Assembly: GCA_964351745.1 (NCBI GenBank)
Contig: CAYGPI010000001.1
Coordinates: 284-64,283 of the forward strand
Source: an uncultured Francisellaceae bacterium
Lineage (GTDB): Bacteria; Pseudomonadota; Gammaproteobacteria; Berkiellales; Berkiellaceae
Direction of reading: 5' to 3'
DNA: 64,000 nt
The stretch's first letter is position 1; every line of letters starts with the position of its first letter. This document shows, piece after piece, positions 1-10,389 of the stretch. The notes beneath the pieces were generated by a model, which did no database searches, was not told the origin of the DNA, and saw nothing but the letters and a program-made list of their open reading frames with translations. Both the position numbers and the translations under genes were made by a program.

Positions 1-1008
1 TTCAAAAGTGTATGAAAAAACAAGATTAAGCTCATTCTTACCTTGAATAGCGTCGTGAGGAGCATCACCAGTAAGTTCTAGAATGAAGTCACCTTGCATA
101 TTTGGTCCAACATCATTCACGTATAGTGTGAGTGTGCCGTACCCCAAATCAACTGTCCAAATGTCTGGATCAGACATGTCGACTATAAATCCGTCAATGG
201 TTAAATTAGTGAATTGAATAGGCTCGTCGCCTAGATCATCGTTAAGCAGGACATTACCTTGGCGTACAATGGGATTCATGCCTGGGGTACTACCGTTTAC
301 TAATGAATCTTCATGCACCTTTAAGAGCTCACCTTGAGCGTCGACAGTGTCATCTTCACCTTCAGGAATTCTATCGGGGGCTACCTGCTGGGATTGAACG
401 CCAAATATCTGTGGTATGTATTCTTCTCCTCCGCCTGATAACCCAGGAATACCTAAGTCTCTAGGTAAACTGATCGGCACTTCAAAGCTACCATGTGTAA
501 GGTGTGGTGGTTGACTAAAGCCACCTTCACCCTGAGCAGCTGCAGGACCTGCGGCGGTGGCACTTAATGCTTCAATTTCCTCAATGGTTAACCCATCTTC
601 TTCAGCTAATCGTTTCTTTTCTTCATCTGATAAGGGCTTATTTGCATTGTCTTCTAATAGGGGCTCACTTGTCACAGAGTCTACAGTTTGGGCTGTCACT
701 GTTTGCTCTGTGGTTTGAGTTGAGTTTTCAGAGTCGTCTTCAGACTTGGGCTCAGTTAAGTCTTCTTCCAGAGCTAACGCTTCTCTTTGCTTTAATAGAG
801 CATCTGCATCCTGTGCTGCCTTTTTATTGGCATTCTCTTGGGTCACCATATCTTGTGCCTGGCTAATAGAGTCAATCGTTTTCTCTATATAGTCTTTGCC
901 TTTGTTGAGCAAATCTTTGCTAGCGTCTAGCGTTGAAGCGTTAGCTTCTGTTTGTCCAGTGCTTTTTGGCTGTCCATCATTAGGTGGTGAATTTTCATTG
1001 TTACTCAT
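1..1008 (-). CDS. N-terminal part (336 codons, runs off the window edge) of a large secreted repeat protein, T1SS/RTX-adhesin-like
   Basis: Hand translation of the minus strand from the ATG at 1006-1008 stays open to position 1 (MSNNENSPPNDGQPKSTGQ...GNVLLNDDLGDEP...GTLTLYVNDVGPNMQGDFILELTGDAPHD...NELNLVFSYTFE). There is no signal peptide and the N-terminus is acidic and low-complexity. It is followed by a module resembling T1SS-143/VCBS-type repeats (E..L..GS, G.vL.ND.lGd, tLtl...G.f.leL.gdapH, n.L.l.FsYt). The track omits it because it is truncated by the window edge. Confidence 0.5.
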   Translation of the reverse strand, partial: MSNNENSPPNDGQPKSTGQTEANASTLDASKDLLNKGKDYIEKTIDSISQAQDMVTQENANKKAAQDADALLKQREALALEEDLTEPKSEDDSENSTQTTEQTVTAQTVDSVTSEPLLEDNANKPLSDEEKKRLAEEDGLTIEEIEALSATAAGPAAAQGEGGFSQPPHLTHGSFEVPISLPRDLGIPGLSGGGEEYIPQIFGVQSQQVAPDRIPEGEDDTVDAQGELLKVHEDSLVNGSTPGMNPIVRQGNVLLNDDLGDEPIQFTNLTIDGFIVDMSDPDIWTVDLGYGTLTLYVNDVGPNMQGDFILELTGDAPHDAIQGKNELNLVFSYTFE

Positions 1009-1558
1009 GTTGATAGCCCTGTATAATGATGATGTCTTAAATAAGTGCTCATGCACGCAAAATGACATCTATTTCAACTCTATACACAATAAGAGCATAA
1101 AGGGGTTTTTTTCACTATTGGACCATAGTACTAATTTGCACTGTCAAAAAGAATGACAGCAACTTTTTTCTACTAAAAGTCATTATTTCAGTAATTCAAG
1201 CTGTACATTGGTACTATGCTCTTATTAAAACCTCACGCCATGGCGCCCATCTATGATAGCCATGTATATAAGCTCTTCTGCTATGACAAGGTTATCGGGA
1301 AAAAGTTGCATGAGAATAGAAATATTAAAGAAAGTGCTGTGTTCTCGATTATCCATGATTACAAAAGGGCACAAGTATAGACTAGCCATAAGTTTTTTGG
1401 TTTAAAAGTAGCTTTTTTTGATATTGACTCAGTTCTTGCAGGTTAAAGCTAAGGCCATGAGGGCATTGCCTTTCAAGTCCTAAGGTTTCTTTGTGAGATA
1501 AAATATGAATTTTGAAGCTTAAAAACGCTGGACTGTGTCAAGCAGACTTACTCTCTGT

Positions 1559-2494
1559 TTAGACAGTAAGTCTTGTTTGATTGCTTTTGGCTAATTTGGG
1601 GGTAGCTGCATAGTGAGTTTGCATTTCTTGATCTGCTTTTTCCCAAATATTATTGAGCCATATTTTTATTTCTTCTCTAAAAATGGGATCATTGGCATAG
1701 TCGCCAGTTTTAAATTTTTCAGGGATGGGTACATGGTTAATGATGACTTTAATGTCTCTAACATCGCCGCACATAAATTGCCAAAAGGTTGGATGCCCTT
1801 TGGGGTAAATGATGGTGACTTGAATTAAATGATCGATATGATCTTTGAGAGCTTTGATAGAGAGGGCGACTCCACCAGGCTTTGGTTTGAGCATATGTTG
1901 GAAAGGTGATTGCTGCTTTTTGTGCTTCTTTTTCGTGAACCGAGTGCCTTCAACAAAACTTAATATTGTGGATGGTTTGCGCAGATATTTTTTGCAAAGG
2001 GTTAAAGTTGTTTCGATATCTTGACTGCGAAGCTCAGGATGTTTGGCAAGCTTTTTTGAGCTATGGCGTTTCATCATTGGAAATTCAAAAGCAGACCATG
2101 CAATCCCGATAATTGGGAAATACTTTAAGGTGTCTTTGACAAAATATTTGATAAAAGGGATTTTTCCTCCAAAAATATAAGTGATAACCATAATGTCTGA
2201 CCACGATTGGTGGTTAGAGGCAATAAAATACCATTTGTCTCGACTCAACGGGGGCACGCCCTGAATATCCCAACGGATGGTTTTAGTATGGTCAACAATT
2301 TTTTTATTATAGAGGCTCCAATTTTCTCCAATATGATGAAGTTTATCACTCCAATATTTTTTCCAGGATGGTGATGGAATAAGATGTTTCAATAGGAAGT
2401 AAAGGTACATAGGAACTGCCCAAAAGAGGGTATTCATAATCAGGTAGGACCAGTTTAGGAGCCCTTTCATTTGAATAAACAACCACTTAACCAT
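1559..2494 (-). CDS. yihG: YihG-like lysophospholipid/1-acyl-glycerol-3-phosphate acyltransferase (PlsC family)
   Basis: HX4D motif NHQSWSD and a FVEGTRF block. Aligns by eye along its whole length with E. coli YihG (KYF.K..L...P..G.A......FMKR, SPFQ..L.PK..G). Similar size, 311 aa. Confidence 0.8.
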   Translation of the reverse strand: MVKWLFIQMKGLLNWSYLIMNTLFWAVPMYLYFLLKHLIPSPSWKKYWSDKLHHIGENWSLYNKKIVDHTKTIRWDIQGVPPLSRDKWYFIASNHQSWSDIMVITYIFGGKIPFIKYFVKDTLKYFPIIGIAWSAFEFPMMKRHSSKKLAKHPELRSQDIETTLTLCKKYLRKPSTILSFVEGTRFTKKKHKKQQSPFQHMLKPKPGGVALSIKALKDHIDHLIQVTIIYPKGHPTFWQFMCGDVRDIKVIINHVPIPEKFKTGDYANDPIFREEIKIWLNNIWEKADQEMQTHYAATPKLAKSNQTRLTV

Positions 2495-2677
2495 AAATAG
2501 ACCTACATAAGGAGATTGCGACGTATTTTAGGATGGAGTCGCTTAAGATGCAAGTCTTAATAGTTGCTCAACTTAAAAGCTGGAGCCGGTGTTAAGCTTA
2601 GCGTCTATCTTTAACTATATGATATATTTGATAAAAACTGGTTAAATTTGGCGTTTCGCCAAGATGAAATAAAGCGT

Positions 2678-2700
2678 GTGCCACAAGTTATATGTGGCAC
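2678..2700 (-). terminator. Hairpin downstream of the peptidase gene
   Basis: 8-bp stem GTGCCACA / TGTGGCAC (2678-2685 / 2693-2700) with a 7-nt loop, 17 nt after the stop of the minus-strand gene. A T-rich stretch follows on the minus strand. Confidence 0.45.
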
Positions 2701-2716
2701 GTGCCATGAAGTATCG

Positions 2717-4900
2717 TTAAGCTCGCTTCATTGCCTGCTTTGTTGAGGAGGTAGTTAGGCTTTCCAAGCTTGGCTCTGGCTCCTGACTCTTAAGTTGAGT
2801 CAACCGAATTGGCGGTGGCGTAGAGGCTGCAAGGGCTGAGAAATCTTCAAGGAGCTCCAAAGATGGTTTCATGAGTTTGTCTTTGAAGTACATCGTGGTT
2901 AAGGCTTTGTTGTAGGCTGACTGCTTGAGATTAGCTGCAGCGCCATGCCCACCTTCGATGGTTTCAAAATAGTAGACTTGGTGACCCATTTGTTGCATCT
3001 TTGCGACCATTTTCCTCGCATGTGATGGATGCACTCTATCGTCTTTAGTGGAAGTCATAAAAAACACTTCTGGGTAAGTGGCATTCTCCCGAACCTGATG
3101 ATATGGAGAATATTGCTCAATGACTTTTCTCATCTTGGGATCATCAGGTGATCCATATTCGCCAACCCAACTGGCTCCTGCAGATAGTGTGTGGTATTTG
3201 AGCATGTCTAATAGGGGTACTTGGCATAGTACAGCGCCGTATAGTTCAGGGTGTTGCGTGAAGGCGACCCCGACTAAAAGACCGCCATTGCTGCCCCCTT
3301 GGATCCCAAGATGTTTAGGAGATGTGATATTTTTTGCAATCAAATCTCGTGCTATGGACTCAAAATCATCATAAGCTCTTTGTCTGTTTTCTTTTAAGGC
3401 TGCTTGGTGCCAAGCTGGGCCAAACTCTCCACCACCTCGTATATTAGCTAAAGCGTAAACGCCGCCATCTTCGAGCCAGGTTTTTCCTAAAGTTGCACTA
3501 TAGCTAGGTGTCAGTGAAATCTCAAAACCGCCATACCCATAGAGCAGAGTTGGGTTGGTGCCATCTAAGATAATATCTTTTTTGTGCACCAGAAAATATG
3601 GGACTAAAGTACCGTCATGGCTTGCAACCATTTGTTGCTCGACCATTAAATCACTGGCATCAAACTGATGAGGTGCAGACTTGATCGCTTTTAATTGCAA
3701 ATCTTCGGGTGAGCAAGCATATAGAGTAGAAGGGGTTAAAAAATTTTGATAATTAAGTAAAATATCATCACTATAGTTGTCAGCGCTAACTATGCTTGCG
3801 CTACCGTTTTCAGGAATTGGTACCTGAGTCATGTTAACATGGTTCTCTTCTAGTTGAAGCTGATAGATTTCAGTCACAACCTGGTGGTTAACAGTGACAT
3901 AAATATGAGACTTTGTTGTGGCCATAGATTCTATCGCCATGCGATCACTAGGCTCGAATAAAGATTGAATGTCTAACTCATCTGATTCAATAGAATCTAA
4001 TGCCAGGCTAATCAATGATCCGGCTTTGTAGGTGGCGTTTTGAATTTCCCAATCATCTTTTAAGAGGATCAAGGCTCTACCCATAAAAACTTCATCAAGC
4101 TCTGCAGTCTTTGGAATGGGTATATTGACTAGTTTGAAAGTCTTATCTGGCATGATTTTTAGCCAATAATTTTCACTCTCAAAGAAGCTTGTCGCTCTTG
4201 ATAGAAAATGATAAGCGCCATCAGTACGAACTTGACTGCTTGCCCCAACTGAAACATCTGAGCGCTCTCCTGCAAATAAAATTTGGGCATCATCGAGTGA
4301 CTGATTCCTTTCAAGGCATTTGATGATTCTTGGATAGCCTGAGTCTGTTAGGGAGTCTTCACCGAAGTCAGTGCCAACTAACAGTCTATCTTTATCTAAC
4401 CAGGCGACTCTTGATTTAGCTTCAGGTAGATAAAAGCCATCAGCAACAAAGCACTTTTTATCAATGTTAAATTCGCGAACATAGCTTGCATCAGTGCCCC
4501 CTTTGGAAAGGGTTACGAGACATAAGTCGCCATCTGGCATTAGGCGGTTAGCCCCCTTAAAGACCCAATTTTCGCCTTCTTCTCTGGCGAGCTGATCGAC
4601 GTCTAAAATAATTTCCCATGTTGGATCTTCTTTTTGGTATTCTTCAAAGGAAGTCCTGCGCCATAATCCGCGTATATGATCTTCATCTTGCCAAAAATTA
4701 TAGTAATACTCACCAGATTTCCTTGCGTAAGGGATCTTTTCTTTTGATTCAAGAATTTGTAGGATATCTTTTTGAGCTTTGGCAAAGTTAGGTGAGCTTT
4801 CAAAAGTATGCGCTGATAAGGTGTTTTGAGCTTTGACCCAAGCCAATGCTTCAGGACCTTCAACTTGCTCTAATTCTTTTTCTGTAGGGAATGAAACCAT
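2717..4900 (-). CDS. Prolyl oligopeptidase family serine peptidase (S9A)
   Basis: N-terminal beta-propeller region followed by an alpha/beta hydrolase domain with GGSNGGLL (nucleophile Ser), a D and a GGHG (His) block. Start moved to the ATG at 4898-4900 (MVSFPTEKELE...), because the track's extra 28 N-terminal residues look like read-through. About 45 aa of Pro/Ser/Glu-rich C-terminal tail lies beyond the catalytic His. Confidence 0.85.
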   Translation of the reverse strand: MVSFPTEKELEQVEGPEALAWVKAQNTLSAHTFESSPNFAKAQKDILQILESKEKIPYARKSGEYYYNFWQDEDHIRGLWRRTSFEEYQKEDPTWEIILDVDQLAREEGENWVFKGANRLMPDGDLCLVTLSKGGTDASYVREFNIDKKCFVADGFYLPEAKSRVAWLDKDRLLVGTDFGEDSLTDSGYPRIIKCLERNQSLDDAQILFAGERSDVSVGASSQVRTDGAYHFLSRATSFFESENYWLKIMPDKTFKLVNIPIPKTAELDEVFMGRALILLKDDWEIQNATYKAGSLISLALDSIESDELDIQSLFEPSDRMAIESMATTKSHIYVTVNHQVVTEIYQLQLEENHVNMTQVPIPENGSASIVSADNYSDDILLNYQNFLTPSTLYACSPEDLQLKAIKSAPHQFDASDLMVEQQMVASHDGTLVPYFLVHKKDIILDGTNPTLLYGYGGFEISLTPSYSATLGKTWLEDGGVYALANIRGGGEFGPAWHQAALKENRQRAYDDFESIARDLIAKNITSPKHLGIQGGSNGGLLVGVAFTQHPELYGAVLCQVPLLDMLKYHTLSAGASWVGEYGSPDDPKMRKVIEQYSPYHQVRENATYPEVFFMTSTKDDRVHPSHARKMVAKMQQMGHQVYYFETIEGGHGAAANLKQSAYNKALTTMYFKDKLMKPSLELLEDFSALAASTPPPIRLTQLKSQEPEPSLESLTTSSTKQAMKRA

Positions 4901-5248
4901 TATAAAATCCTTTTTATGATGGATAGGGAGGCCATTCTCTATATTAATGAAGTGTTGATATGTTATAAACTGATAAAATATCAAGGTGATTAGATATGCA
5001 GTCGTGTGACCTTGGATTGCTTCATAAGTGGGGCTGTTAGTTTAAGTCTGCGACGAGCGAGATAACTTAGATTTTTAGCATGGTTGACAACAAACTAACT
5101 TGACCTGGTAAGCTTTGATGCTTAGAGTATAGTCAAAGCAAGTTTGCAAAGTAAGATGATAAACTATATTGCTCACACTTAGGGCTCAGTTGTGAAAACA
5201 TCATCATCGTTGTACTTAAGTTTTAACATCAACAAGGAGGGGTTAAGT

Positions 5249-5785
5249 ATGCAAAGGTCTAGGTTTAAAGGCCTGTTGGCAGTGACTGTTTTTGCTTTTT
5301 TAAGTTGCTCTACAATACAAGCAGCCCAAGAGAAATCAGGCACAGAGTTCCAAGTATCTTTGGAGCAGCTAAAAAAGATAAAGTCGACAGAATCTCAAGG
5401 TGATGAATTGTATTTCAGCGTGACGGAATATTCATCTATTGAAAGACCCCGCACTTATTTATTGCCAAATTTTCCAACGCATTGGTTATCAGAGCATTTA
5501 TCTGAGATAAAGGATCTTGCTCTATGGCAAAAAAATATAGATAAGAATGAATCTATTATGTTAGTCATTTCGTTGCTCGAGAGAGATGCGCCTCCTTGGA
5601 ACACAGACGATCTGATTGGTACTTTAAAATTGAAAATCTATCACGAAGATGGACAATTAAAACATGTATGGCAGATCCCAAATCATAAAGAAGTTGAAAT
5701 GACAGATAAAAATAAGCAGCAATTCATTTTTAGCGGTGATAGTGGAAAGTATGAACTTGATCTCAAAGCTTTTCAAGTTGATTAG
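5249..5785 (+). CDS. Secreted hypothetical protein
   Basis: ATG at 5249 is preceded by AAGGAGG (5234-5240). Signal peptide MQRSRFKGLLAVTVFAFLSCSTIQA/AQE. No family recognised. Confidence 0.55.
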   Translation: MQRSRFKGLLAVTVFAFLSCSTIQAAQEKSGTEFQVSLEQLKKIKSTESQGDELYFSVTEYSSIERPRTYLLPNFPTHWLSEHLSEIKDLALWQKNIDKNESIMLVISLLERDAPPWNTDDLIGTLKLKIYHEDGQLKHVWQIPNHKEVEMTDKNKQQFIFSGDSGKYELDLKAFQVD

Positions 5786-5833
5786 CTTCAGAATAGTTAG
5801 CTTATGAATCTTGCTTGGCTCAGTGATTTTAAT

Positions 5834-6823
5834 TTAGAGATAATTCATTTTGAATCGCCGTAGTTTTAAAAATAATGAGACGGGTATAAAACTTAGCATG
5901 GCGTATAGCCAATACTTTAGAGAATTTGGACGATAATAGCAGGCTTTCATAAAGAAATACCTGGCACGATTAAGCGCTTTATCGTTGATGGCTTCGTATC
6001 CACCGGCAAAAGCGCAGAGAGCCAAACGCTGATTGACAGACGATTTAAGGTATTGTTTAGGGCCTAAGTGATCTTTTATTTTTTGGTAACAAGCTAAAGT
6101 ACTGAAATGGCTTTTTTCGCTTGTTACATGTGATGTGGCTTTATGATAATGATGCCATATGGTCAAAGGTAAATTTAAGTATGCGATGGATCCATGCTTT
6201 GCTATTCGCATCCAATAATCAATTTCTTGCGCGCCTACTAATTCTTCATCAAAATAGCCAGTTTTTTTTGCTATGGCCTTACGAATCATAATCGATGAGG
6301 TCCAAATGAAGGGGGTATGTTTGATAGCGCAGTCAAAATATTTGTCGTTGAAAAAATAAGTTGAGTCTTGTTTGGAATGGATCGCTGCTTGAAAGGCTTC
6401 TAGGAATTGGTGGCGAGCTAAGAAAGCATAACCTTTTGAATCAGGATGGTCGAGTCGGGTTACCTCATTAAAGATTAAATCAATCTCAGGATTTCCTTCC
6501 AAAATTTCAAGTTTTTTTTCGATACAATGGGGCGCCCATTGCTCATCAGGCTCTAAAAAGCACAGGAAATTTCCTTGACTTTGTTTTAGGGCAAAGTTCA
6601 GAGCAGCCTCCGGAGAGGTGTCTTTGATACGATAGAAATGGAAGTGACTCTTTTGAAAGTTGTGATCCAATATGTCTAATGTGGTATCTGTCGAATTGGT
6701 ATCAACAATAATCATTTCAATGGATTGAAACGATTGTGCGTAAACAGAGTCTATCGCCTTTTGCAGATAGGCTTGACTGTTATGAGTAAGCATTATCACG
6801 CTAACTTGGGGGCTGCTGTTCAT
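5834..6823 (-). CDS. Family 2 glycosyltransferase
   Basis: VSVIMLTHNSQAYLQKAIDSVYAQSFQSIEMIIVDTNSTD is a classic GT2 N-terminal signature. An acidic LEPDEQW block follows. Start placed at the ATG at 6821-6823 (MNSSPQVSVIML). Confidence 0.75.
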   Translation of the reverse strand: MNSSPQVSVIMLTHNSQAYLQKAIDSVYAQSFQSIEMIIVDTNSTDTTLDILDHNFQKSHFHFYRIKDTSPEAALNFALKQSQGNFLCFLEPDEQWAPHCIEKKLEILEGNPEIDLIFNEVTRLDHPDSKGYAFLARHQFLEAFQAAIHSKQDSTYFFNDKYFDCAIKHTPFIWTSSIMIRKAIAKKTGYFDEELVGAQEIDYWMRIAKHGSIAYLNLPLTIWHHYHKATSHVTSEKSHFSTLACYQKIKDHLGPKQYLKSSVNQRLALCAFAGGYEAINDKALNRARYFFMKACYYRPNSLKYWLYAMLSFIPVSLFLKLRRFKMNYL

Positions 6824-7058
6824 TAGAATTCTATGGCTCAGGTTAAAATTTGATTTTAAAGGATATAGTGTTTCATCCGATAGAGCTAAAACTCTAGCCT
6901 TGAGTCCAAGCAAATTTTTTGCATAAAAATCTATTCAACTAACAATTGCTGGATTGCATTAATTAGTCTGATTAAATAGATTATTGATTAATCAAGACAG
7001 GGCAGTTGCAATCCATTAAAATAGGCAAAACTGATTAAACATAGATTTTTGTACTTTA

Positions 7059-7613
7059 ATGAACAATCTTACTTTTTGTAACCAGACGCAAACAATTTTG
7101 GAAGCTAAGTTCACTTTGTCGCCACATTGTGATGATAGAAACCCAAATGATGAGATAAGTTTACTTGTCGTGCATTCTATCAGCTTGCCTCCAGGTGAGT
7201 TTGGTGGAGGCAATATTCAAAATTTATTTTTAAATCAATTGGATACGAATAGTCATCCATATTACAAAACAATTCCTAGCTTAAAAGTATCAAGCCATCT
7301 ATTCATTGATAGAGATGGTGGTATCACGCAATTTGTGCCATTTAATAAAAGAGCATGGCATGCAGGCGTGTCTTCTTTTAAAGATAGAGTTAATTGCAAT
7401 GACTATTCTATAGGGATTGAGTTGGAAGGTTCAGATGAGATCCCTTATACTCACGACCAGTATGAAAGCTTATCGCGGTGCACAAGGCTTCTGGTAGACC
7501 AATTTCCTGCAATAACCAGAGATCGCATTGTTGGACACTGTGATATTGCACCAACAAGAAAAACGGATCCAGGTCCACATTTTGATTGGGATCGTTTCAG
7601 AATTTCATTATAA
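7059..7613 (+). CDS. ampD: 1,6-anhydro-N-acetylmuramyl-L-alanine amidase AmpD
   Basis: 184 aa. Amidase_2 signature (LLVVHSISLPPGEFGG ... RAWHAGVSSF ... NDYSIGIELEG ... GHCDIAPTRKTDPGP.FDW). Confidence 0.85.
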   Translation: MNNLTFCNQTQTILEAKFTLSPHCDDRNPNDEISLLVVHSISLPPGEFGGGNIQNLFLNQLDTNSHPYYKTIPSLKVSSHLFIDRDGGITQFVPFNKRAWHAGVSSFKDRVNCNDYSIGIELEGSDEIPYTHDQYESLSRCTRLLVDQFPAITRDRIVGHCDIAPTRKTDPGPHFDWDRFRISL

Positions 7614-7680
7614 GCACGACGACTTAAGGCTTTAAACTTAGTTAGAAGCTTTATAATTTCATCATTTTTAAGGTGGTATC

Positions 7681-10374
7681 ATGCCAACATCAAATATTTT
7701 GAAGGAACCAAGCAAGGATGCTTTAAATTCTGGAGATGCCGATCAGGTCGAGACGCAAGAATGGCTAGATGCCTTAGAGTCTGTGGTAAGAACGCAAGGA
7801 CCGCAGCGAGCTAAATTTTTAATCCAAAGACTATTAGATCAAGCTACCTTAGAAGGTTTTGATACAGCTCTACAAAGAAACACGCCGTATTGTAATACGA
7901 TTCGTCCTGAAGAAGAGCCTCAAATGCCAGGCAATGAAGCCCTTGAAGCACGCATTCGTTGTCTTGTCAGATGGAACGCCATGGCTATGGTTGTTCGAGC
8001 ACAGTTTGTTGATGCAAGCATTGGTGGGCACATTGGAACCTTTGCATCCAGCGCTACGTTGTTTGACGTGGGTTTTAATCACTTTTGGCGAAGTGGTCAA
8101 GATGAAAGTGGTGGTGATCTCGTTTATTTCCAAGGACACGCTTCACCGGGCATGTATGCTCGGAGTTATCTTTTAGGTGATCTGAGCGAAAACCAGTTGG
8201 TTAATTTTAGAAGAGAGATTAATCAGGAGGGACTTTCTTCATATCCACATCCATGGTTAATGCCTAATTATTGGCAATTCCCAACTGTTTCAATGGGCCT
8301 AGGTGCTATTCAATCAATTTACCAAGCACGATTCATGAAGTATCTAGAGCATAGAGGCTTTGCAAAGTCTAAGAATAGAAAAGTTTGGTGTTTTTGTGGT
8401 GATGGTGAAATGGATGAGCCTGAGTCTTTAGGTGCGTTATCCATTGCCGCAAGAGAAAAATTAGATAATCTTATTATTGTTGTCAATTGTAATTTGCAGC
8501 GATTAGATGGACCTGTTCGTGGTAATGGAAGCATCATTCAAGAACTTGAGGGTATTTTTAGAGGCGCTGGCTGGGAAGTCATTAAAACCATATGGGGCGA
8601 TCTTTGGGATCCCCTATTTGTGAAAGATAAATCTGGCAAACTCCTCCAGCGGATGGGAGAAGTGGTCGATGGTGAATATCAAAATTATAAAGCCAAAGGC
8701 GGCGCGTATACCCGCGAACATTTCTTTGGTGCTTATCCTGAATTAGCAGAACTTGTTAAAGATATGAGTGATGATGAAATTTGGCGATTAAACCGCGGTG
8801 GTCATGATCCTCGCAAAGTGCATGCTGCTTATGCGAAAGCAATGCAAACAAAAGGAAGGCCAACGGTGATCCTTGCCAAAACAGTTAAAGGTTACGGCTT
8901 GGGTAAGGCTGGCGAAGCCTTGAATATTTCTCACAATGTTAAGAAAATATCGAAAGAAGATATTTTAGCCTTTAGAGATAGGTTCCATTTGCCAATACCT
9001 GATTCTGAAGTAGAGAAAGTGCCATTTTACAGACCACCGGAAGATAGCCCAGAAATTCGCTATATGAAGAAAAAGCGAGAAGCATTAGGTGGCCCTTTAC
9101 CTTGGAGACGTGAGAAACCAAGTGAGCCTGCCTTGGAAGTGCCTTCGGTCGACGTTTTTGAGAATCAATTGAGCGGCTCTGGTGACAGAGAAATTTCAAC
9201 GACAATGGCTTTTGTTCGCATTTTGGCAACACTCACTAAAGACAAAGTGCTTGGTAAGCGATTGGTGCCGATTGTACCGGATGAGGCTCGAACTTTTGGT
9301 ATGGAAGGGTTATTTCGCCAGCTAGGGATTTATGCGCCAGATGGGCAGCTTTATGAGCCTGTCGATAAAGATCAAGTGATGTTTTATAAAGAAGCCACTA
9401 ATGGTCAGATCTTAGAAGAAGGGATCAATGAGGCAGGTGCTTTTTGCTCATGGCTAGCTGCGGCCACATCTTATAGTAATCACGATTACACGATGGTGCC
9501 CTTTTTTATATTTTACTCTATGTTTGGTTTCCAAAGAATTGGTGATTTAGCATGGGCTGCTGGCGACTCGAGAGCGCGAGGTTTCTTACTTGGAGGAACC
9601 GCCGGTCGCACCACCTTAAATGGTGAAGGATTACAGCACCAAGATGGTCACAGTCATGTGATGGCCGGTTTAATCCCAAACTGTATCAGTTATGATCCAA
9701 CTTTTGCTTATGAAGTTGCTGTGATTATTCAAGATGGTTTGCGTCGAATGTTTGCTGAGCAAGAAGATGTTTACTATTACATTACGTTGATGAATGAGAA
9801 TTATAAACAACCTCAGATGCCAAAAGGCGTTGAAGAGGGGATTAAGAAAGGGATGTATCTCTTTCAAGAAGGTCCGAAACACAAGCACAAAGTTCAATTG
9901 CTTGGTTCCGGTGCTATTTTCCAAGAAGTGATGAAAGCGCAAGCATTGTTAGCGAAGGATTTTGATATTAGTGCAGACATTTGGAGTGTCACAAGTTTTA
10001 ATGAACTTGGTAGAGAGGGACGAGATGTGGCGCGTTCAAATTTACTTAATCCAGGGCAAGAAAAGAAATCTTTTGTTGAAACGACCTTAGAGAAAACCAA
10101 AGGCCCTGTGATTGCTTGCACAGATTATGTTAAGCAATTGTCAGAGCAGATCCGTGATTTCATTCCTAAATCATATTTTTGCTTAGGTACAGATGGCTTT
10201 GGTCGCTCGGATTCTAGAGAAAACTTAAGACGATATTTTGAAGTTGATCAATATCACATTGCTTATGCTGCTATTAAATCATTGGTTGATGATGGTGAGC
10301 TTGAGGCTAGTGTGGCTATCGCAGCTAAGAAAAAACTTAATATCGAAGATAAACCCAATCCAGCCTTTGGCTAA
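7681..10374 (+). CDS. aceE: Pyruvate dehydrogenase E1 component (homodimeric type)
   Basis: 897 aa, with AceE-type sequence throughout (ThDP-binding GDGEMDEPES...NCNLQRLDG). RBS AAGGTGG lies upstream. Followed by aceF and lpdA. Confidence 0.95.
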   Translation: MPTSNILKEPSKDALNSGDADQVETQEWLDALESVVRTQGPQRAKFLIQRLLDQATLEGFDTALQRNTPYCNTIRPEEEPQMPGNEALEARIRCLVRWNAMAMVVRAQFVDASIGGHIGTFASSATLFDVGFNHFWRSGQDESGGDLVYFQGHASPGMYARSYLLGDLSENQLVNFRREINQEGLSSYPHPWLMPNYWQFPTVSMGLGAIQSIYQARFMKYLEHRGFAKSKNRKVWCFCGDGEMDEPESLGALSIAAREKLDNLIIVVNCNLQRLDGPVRGNGSIIQELEGIFRGAGWEVIKTIWGDLWDPLFVKDKSGKLLQRMGEVVDGEYQNYKAKGGAYTREHFFGAYPELAELVKDMSDDEIWRLNRGGHDPRKVHAAYAKAMQTKGRPTVILAKTVKGYGLGKAGEALNISHNVKKISKEDILAFRDRFHLPIPDSEVEKVPFYRPPEDSPEIRYMKKKREALGGPLPWRREKPSEPALEVPSVDVFENQLSGSGDREISTTMAFVRILATLTKDKVLGKRLVPIVPDEARTFGMEGLFRQLGIYAPDGQLYEPVDKDQVMFYKEATNGQILEEGINEAGAFCSWLAAATSYSNHDYTMVPFFIFYSMFGFQRIGDLAWAAGDSRARGFLLGGTAGRTTLNGEGLQHQDGHSHVMAGLIPNCISYDPTFAYEVAVIIQDGLRRMFAEQEDVYYYITLMNENYKQPQMPKGVEEGIKKGMYLFQEGPKHKHKVQLLGSGAIFQEVMKAQALLAKDFDISADIWSVTSFNELGREGRDVARSNLLNPGQEKKSFVETTLEKTKGPVIACTDYVKQLSEQIRDFIPKSYFCLGTDGFGRSDSRENLRRYFEVDQYHIAYAAIKSLVDDGELEASVAIAAKKKLNIEDKPNPAFG

Positions 10375-10389
10375 GTTAGGAGAGCTGTT

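Noticed and set aside
567-1156. Track ORFs 567..866 and 896..1156 on the plus strand
   Set aside because: They lie antisense to a much longer open minus-strand frame (1..1008) with adhesin-like repeat features. Their products are Leu/Ser/Phe-rich low-complexity strings, typical of antisense translation.
4901-4984. N-terminal 28 extra residues of the prolyl oligopeptidase ORF
   Set aside because: The extension (MIFYQFITYQHFINIENG...) has no homology-like character. The ATG at 4898-4900 gives the N-terminus typical of S9A peptidases.
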